DNA of 64,000 bases. Origin: Candidatus Marinacidobacterales bacterium (GTDB lineage: Bacteria > Acidobacteriota > Vicinamibacteria > Marinacidobacterales > SMYC01). This document shows positions 59,500 to 64,000 of this stretch, piece by piece. The translations under genes were made by a program, and so were the position numbers. Below the pieces are notes generated by a model, which made no database searches, was not told the origin of the DNA, and saw only the letters and a list, made by a program, of their open reading frames with translations. The stretch spans positions 1,632,001-1,696,000 of the forward strand of contig CBDCYI010000004.1 of assembly GCA_965224085.1 (NCBI GenBank), written 5' to 3'. The first letter of the stretch is position 1, and every line of letters begins with the position of its first letter.

Positions 59500-61104
59500 T
59501 CAAAATGCCACGTCCGCGACTCGCGCCGCGTTCGCCATCAATGTGAAGGTCAGATTCTTAGCAGGGAGGCTGGGAAATGTCGTGCCGTCGACGAAGTAGA
59601 GGTTTTCGAGATCGCGGCTCCTGCAGGTCTCATCCGTCGTCGGTCCCGCTCCGTTCTCGGTCATGGGTATGGTTCCGGCGTAGTGGACACTCGCTCCCAT
59701 TGGACGGACGTGGGTCGCGTTCGACGGCGCGATGCAACCGAGCTTCCTGAGGATTCGGCGATATCTTTTCGTCTCCCGTTGTATCCTTTCGCGCTCGGTG
59801 GCGTCCGGTCGATACTGGATCGCGAGGCGCGTCTCCCCGTTCTGTCCATCGACTTCGAGGGACAACTGATTGTCGTCGCGTCGATGATCGGAGAAGTTGA
59901 TGTTCAGCATCGCCAGAGCGGCGTGAATGTTCCGAAACATAGAGAGCGCCGTCGCCATCGATGTCGGAAAGCTGGCGACGATGGGATGGATCAGCGCCGT
60001 CGTCAGTGTGGTCACGAGACCGTACGACCGGTCCTGCGGGTCATCCGCATCGAGAGCGATGACGAGCTGCTGGTACTGGTAGTTCTCGGGATCGAACTGC
60101 GTGCCTATGAGATTGAGGTTGACGAAGGGCATGAGTATCTGGCGATTGTCCAGAAGACCGTGTAGCGTCATCCGTTCTCCGGTAGCGCGATATATCGAGT
60201 CCATGAATATTTTGGACGACGAGAGCGTTCCTGCAGCGAGCACTAGCGTTCCCACATCAAACTCGTGCTGCCGGTCATCCGAGACCGACCTAGCCACCAC
60301 CTTGCGGATCCTATTTCCAGGCTCCGAAAGGAAGTGGCTGACACGGACCCCGCTAACATAAGTGAAATTTTCATGAGCGAGGCACTCGCTCAGCGTCAAG
60401 GTGGGCACGTAGATCGAGTCCGTGGGACAACCCCAGCGGCAACGGCCGAGATAGCTGCAAGCCTTGCGTCCGTTCAGATCGCGGCTCAGCGTCGCGATAC
60501 GTGCCCGTCCCATGTAACAGCGGTGCTTCCTGTTGAGCTTGTTCTTGTGCCTGCGGTAGCTCTCCATGAGAACCTGGGAATGCTCGTCGAGAGCCAATGG
60601 CTCCAGAAGACCGTCGTGAAGCGGGTAGAACCGCGTCATATCGTCGTCCGTACCCGAGATTCCGATTCGCTTCGCCACTTTCTCGTAAAACGGTGCGAGG
60701 TCCGAGTGGCCGATGGGAAACTCCCGAAGGTCCCCGTCCGTGAGCGGATAGCAGCCCGCACACCAGATCTCCGCGAGTCCCCCGGCCGCGAAAGAAAGGA
60801 GGGGGCTGAAGCCGGACGTTCGAAGCTGAAAGTCGTCGAGCCCCGAGATGACGTGATTTTGACTCGGTGCGAAGGCGTAATATTCGGAGTCGTTTCCGGG
60901 AAGGGTCAGGGCTTCGAAGTTCTCGCCGAGAAAGAACTGCACCGGATCGCTGACGCCGGTCTTCAGCTCGTTGAACGTGGCAGTGGCCGGCTGTGAGCGC
61001 GTTCTACCGACGTCGAGCATGAGCACCTCGTGGCCTTTCTCGAGAGCAGACAGCGCGAAGTGGACGCCGCTGGCTCCGGACCCCACCACCACGACCGGAT
61101 CCAC
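59500..61104 (-). CDS. GMC family oxidoreductase
   Basis: VVVGSGASG, GGLAEIW, CSYLGRCRWGCP, LVLAAG, SVHYAGT, NLTFTLMANAARVA. Confidence 0.88.
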   Translation of the reverse strand: MDPVVVVGSGASGVHFALSALEKGHEVLMLDVGRTRSQPATATFNELKTGVSDPVQFFLGENFEALTLPGNDSEYYAFAPSQNHVISGLDDFQLRTSGFSPLLSFAAGGLAEIWCAGCYPLTDGDLREFPIGHSDLAPFYEKVAKRIGISGTDDDMTRFYPLHDGLLEPLALDEHSQVLMESYRRHKNKLNRKHRCYMGRARIATLSRDLNGRKACSYLGRCRWGCPTDSIYVPTLTLSECLAHENFTYVSGVRVSHFLSEPGNRIRKVVARSVSDDRQHEFDVGTLVLAAGTLSSSKIFMDSIYRATGERMTLHGLLDNRQILMPFVNLNLIGTQFDPENYQYQQLVIALDADDPQDRSYGLVTTLTTALIHPIVASFPTSMATALSMFRNIHAALAMLNINFSDHRRDDNQLSLEVDGQNGETRLAIQYRPDATERERIQRETKRYRRILRKLGCIAPSNATHVRPMGASVHYAGTIPMTENGAGPTTDETCRSRDLENLYFVDGTTFPSLPAKNLTFTLMANAARVADVAF

Positions 61105-61106
61105 GG

Positions 61107-62510
61107 TCAGGACTCTCCGCCACGACGAGGGCCGACCCATCGCTGGATCAAGTGCAGCGCTCCGAGGGGGGGTGTGGCAAGGACCAAACGCAACCCGTAG
61201 CCCGCAGCTCTGGCGATCATCCTGGCGCAGATCCACGGGCGAGAGCCGTCGTCCGTAGAGTCTAGCTTCGGAAAGCTAGAGGGTGTGCATTCGAGAATTG
61301 CCAGCAGGAGAACGAGCTTCTTGCGGACGACCGAGTGCTTGCGGAACACGCTGATGTAAGCGTCGACGAGTCCCGTGGTCAGAGGCGATATTCTCGAGAA
61401 CCGAAGTAGAAGAGAGTCGAAGCGATCTTCCGCGAGAATGGCCCTGGCATCGTTACGCGAATGATACAGAGCGTACTTTTCCACGACGTAGTCGTTCGGA
61501 GTCTCACCTATCAAGTAGCGACAATAGAGACGGCACTCGTGACGGTAATTGAGATGGCACTCGGTTTCTAGCTCCGCCACGTCGGTTTCGGGTTTCGCGC
61601 GCGAGAGCGGCGTAGCGAGCCCAGCGTCGACATCTTTCATTAGAGCTCTGCGGCCTTCGACGAAAGCGTTTGCCGCGATGGTGCTGTCGTTGGCGAACAA
61701 CGCGAGCTGACCGGCAGTGAGGGGAAGGACCGGGAGGAACAGGGGCTCGAGCAGACCCAGCGAGGTCAGGATGGGACGCAGGGGAAGGTGCACGGTCCGC
61801 GGTGATTTGTCGAAACGCACACGCCGGATCCGGACCATCAACTCCTCGATGCTCATGATTTGCGGTCCGCCGAGCTCGATAGTCTCTCCGCGAAAACGGC
61901 CCTCCTCGATGACGGACAAAATGGAGTCGGCGAGATCGTCGATGAAGATCGGCTGCACCTCCACCCGCCCGTCCCCAAACACGGGCATCACTCCCGCCTT
62001 GGCCATCCGGGCGAGTCCCTCGGCCGCCGGCGCTCCGGGACCGGTCACGAGGGTCGGCCTCAGGATAGTATAAGAGAGTCCGGCATCGGCCACGATTTCC
62101 TCGGCCTGCTTCTTCGAATGGGCGTAGAAGTAGCGGCGTTTTTTGGCATACTTGACCGCAATCGTGCTGACGAAGAGGAAGTTTTTTACCGTTTGTGACT
62201 TCGCCGCCTCGACGAGTGCCCGGGTGCCTTCGCTGTTCACTCGGAAGTACTCCGCGGGCCGCGCTTTGCCGGTCACCGCCGCGAGATGCACCACCGTATC
62301 GCAGCACTGCAGCATGTCGCGATAGCTTGCCGGGGTTTTTAAGTCACCCACGACGATGTCGACCTCTTTCATAGCGCTTCCGTTCGAGGCAAACGCGTCG
62401 GGATCGCGTATCAGGCAAACGATCCTCGAATATCTCGTGCGATCGAGCCGCTGAAGCAGATGAGTCCCCACATATCCGCTTCCTCCGGTGATGAACACCG
62501 CCCTCTTCAC
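61107..62510 (-). CDS. NAD-dependent epimerase/dehydratase (SDR) with C-terminal extension
   Basis: VFITGGSGYVG, VVHLAA, YAHSK, ILRPTLV; extra C-terminal domain of about 150 aa; GTG 62510 chosen. Confidence 0.85.
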   Translation of the reverse strand: MKRAVFITGGSGYVGTHLLQRLDRTRYSRIVCLIRDPDAFASNGSAMKEVDIVVGDLKTPASYRDMLQCCDTVVHLAAVTGKARPAEYFRVNSEGTRALVEAAKSQTVKNFLFVSTIAVKYAKKRRYFYAHSKKQAEEIVADAGLSYTILRPTLVTGPGAPAAEGLARMAKAGVMPVFGDGRVEVQPIFIDDLADSILSVIEEGRFRGETIELGGPQIMSIEELMVRIRRVRFDKSPRTVHLPLRPILTSLGLLEPLFLPVLPLTAGQLALFANDSTIAANAFVEGRRALMKDVDAGLATPLSRAKPETDVAELETECHLNYRHECRLYCRYLIGETPNDYVVEKYALYHSRNDARAILAEDRFDSLLLRFSRISPLTTGLVDAYISVFRKHSVVRKKLVLLLAILECTPSSFPKLDSTDDGSRPWICARMIARAAGYGLRLVLATPPLGALHLIQRWVGPRRGGES

Positions 62511-62567
62511 GCCGAACCCACTTGGTTCGGAAAGGTTCTGAAACCCATAGGAGCCCTTCTTCCGCGG

Positions 62568-63373
62568 GGTATTGTCAAGTTGACGTTGAGCGAGCGAACC
62601 TATTGCGTCGAGCTGATTTCCTTTGCTCTCATCGGACGGCACAGGTTACCTCCTGCCAGACGATGAAAGCGCGGTCTCGTAGCTCCCGATGATGATGCGC
62701 TTGCAACAAATGCCGTCCGACGCGAAAGAGGTTTTGCACGAGTCCATGCACGGTCAAGAATCGTTGCGCCTGCCCAGGAGTTTTAAACTTCCGCATCTGT
62801 CGTTCCCGTTGTCGCGTCGGTTCGTGCGAGACTTCGGCTAGGTTGTTTCTGTACTGGTCAGTGTCGTGGACGACGGACGGCATGACCTCGCGGTGAGCGG
62901 CACTGTAGCTTCTCAGTTTGTCGGTGACCAGCTGCCAGGGCGGACGGCCTTGCCCTTTCAACAGCTTGCGGAAGAATCGTTTGGCGGCTTTCTGATCACG
63001 GCGAGGCTGGACGAGGATATCAATCACATCACCATCTTGGTCTACCGCGCGCCAGAGGTATTGGCGTTCGCCTTGTATCTTTATGAAGACCTCGTCCAGG
63101 TGCCACGTGTCACCAAGGCGACCCTGCCGACGCTTCAGTCGCCGAGCGTATTCCGGCCCGAACTTGATGCACCAAAGTCGGATCGCTTCGTAGGAAACCG
63201 TGATGCCTCGCTGAGCAAGCAGCTCTTCGACGTTTCGAAAGCTCACGCAGAATCGGTGGTAGAGCCAGACGGCGTGGCTGATGATTTCCGGTGGAAATCG
63301 ATAGCCGTGGTAGCTTGGCGCATCGGTCTTCATTGGACCATTCTGTCAGTCACCAGCTCAATTCGAAAGTACC
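62568..63373 (-). mobile_element. IS6 family insertion sequence, copy 2 (806 bp)
   Basis: GGTATTGTCAAGTTGA...TCAATTCGAAAGTACC imperfect IRs; same orientation as copy 1. Confidence 0.92.
62629..63333 (-). CDS. IS6 family DDE transposase
   Basis: Protein identical to that of 23356-24060. Confidence 0.95.
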   Translation of the reverse strand: MKTDAPSYHGYRFPPEIISHAVWLYHRFCVSFRNVEELLAQRGITVSYEAIRLWCIKFGPEYARRLKRRQGRLGDTWHLDEVFIKIQGERQYLWRAVDQDGDVIDILVQPRRDQKAAKRFFRKLLKGQGRPPWQLVTDKLRSYSAAHREVMPSVVHDTDQYRNNLAEVSHEPTRQRERQMRKFKTPGQAQRFLTVHGLVQNLFRVGRHLLQAHHHRELRDRAFIVWQEVTCAVR

Positions 63374-63450
63374 GTCGAGACCGTTCAAGAACAGCCGGGT
63401 GTTCATGGCAAGCGTGCGTTCGAGTGGCAGAACCGATGGGTGCATGCGTC

Positions 63451-64000
63451 TTACCTCGTGTAGATTTGGAGGAGGCCGTCCTCCTTCATCAAAGCTTCGA
63501 TCGCGTCCATATCCATCGGGACGAACCCGGATAGATTCTCCGCTCCGTCCTCGTTGATAAGGATGACGTCTTCGAGACGAATATAGATCTGCTCCTCCGG
63601 TACGCGGAACTGCGGCTCGATCGTGAAGACCATGCCGGGGACGAGGCTTCCATCATGGATGCCGACATCGTGGACTGCCATCCCCACACCGTGCCCGAGG
63701 CTCGCGGGACGCCGGCTCGCGCGCTCCCGATAAGCGGCAACGAAACGCTCTGCGGCTTCCCGATAAATCGGCTTCGTGAACGGCCACGTTTCGAGAATGC
63801 GGTCCATCTTGTCTGCAGCGTCGCTCATGATCGCGTTTACGTCGCCCGGGCGGATCGAATCGAGAATGGCCTTGTAATAGGCTAAATAGAACCCGTAGAG
63901 ATCGCGCTGCCACGCGTTGAAGCGGCCGTTCACGGGCCACTGGCGGGTGACGTCGCTCGAGTAGTAGCCGACATCGGGAGCGTAGTCCATCAAGAGCAGC
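63451..64000 (-). CDS. M24 family aminopeptidase P, C-terminal part (runs off the window)
   Basis: YYSSDVTR, GHGVGMAVHD, FTIEP, IRLED. Confidence 0.9.
   Translation of the reverse strand, partial: LLLMDYAPDVGYYSSDVTRQWPVNGRFNAWQRDLYGFYLAYYKAILDSIRPGDVNAIMSDAADKMDRILETWPFTKPIYREAAERFVAAYRERASRRPASLGHGVGMAVHDVGIHDGSLVPGMVFTIEPQFRVPEEQIYIRLEDVILINEDGAENLSGFVPMDMDAIEALMKEDGLLQIYTR

Noticed and set aside
23287-63381. IS6 composite transposon with target-site duplication
   Set aside because: Outer flanks GCCTACCA and GTCGAGAC do not match, so movement as a unit is not demonstrated
1-64000. tRNA, rRNA or CRISPR arrays; long antisense ORFs such as 20920-22296, 31907-33115 and 17775-18896
   Set aside because: No such RNA genes or arrays recognised by eye; the antisense ORFs are GC-rich shadows of well-supported genes

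Overview
GC-rich bacterial window, probably Acidobacteriota (Vicinamibacteria-like); this is an inference from the DUF1592/DUF1552/ankyrin operon, kinase-TolB fusions and Thr-type sulfatases. 1-15 kb holds housekeeping and metabolic genes (hemB, pyrE, hisN-like, Lrp, MFS, ABC-class ATPase). 15-23 kb is a CxxCH-rich DUF1592/DUF1552/ankyrin locus. 25-44.5 kb is a contiguous pfaD-pfaA-pfaBC-oleABCD cluster (PUFA synthase plus head-to-head olefin synthesis) flanked by IS remnants. 44.6-54.6 kb is a decaying region with many gene fragments. 54.7-62.5 kb holds putative envelope-modification genes, and two near-identical IS6 copies lie 39 kb apart. The most notable feature is a 2,637-bp IS110 element (50517-53153) inserted in the GGMGEV loop of a Ser/Thr kinase gene. 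Its bridge RNA (about 51841-51974) can be read directly: four guide segments match the kinase target and the element's own circle junction. A TTGATC-17-TACGCT promoter would form only on circularisation. Unusually, two accessory ORFs (a Cys-rich Zn-finger and a 138-aa protein) and a structured leader sit between that promoter and the bridge RNA. All family assignments are from motif recognition, not database searches.
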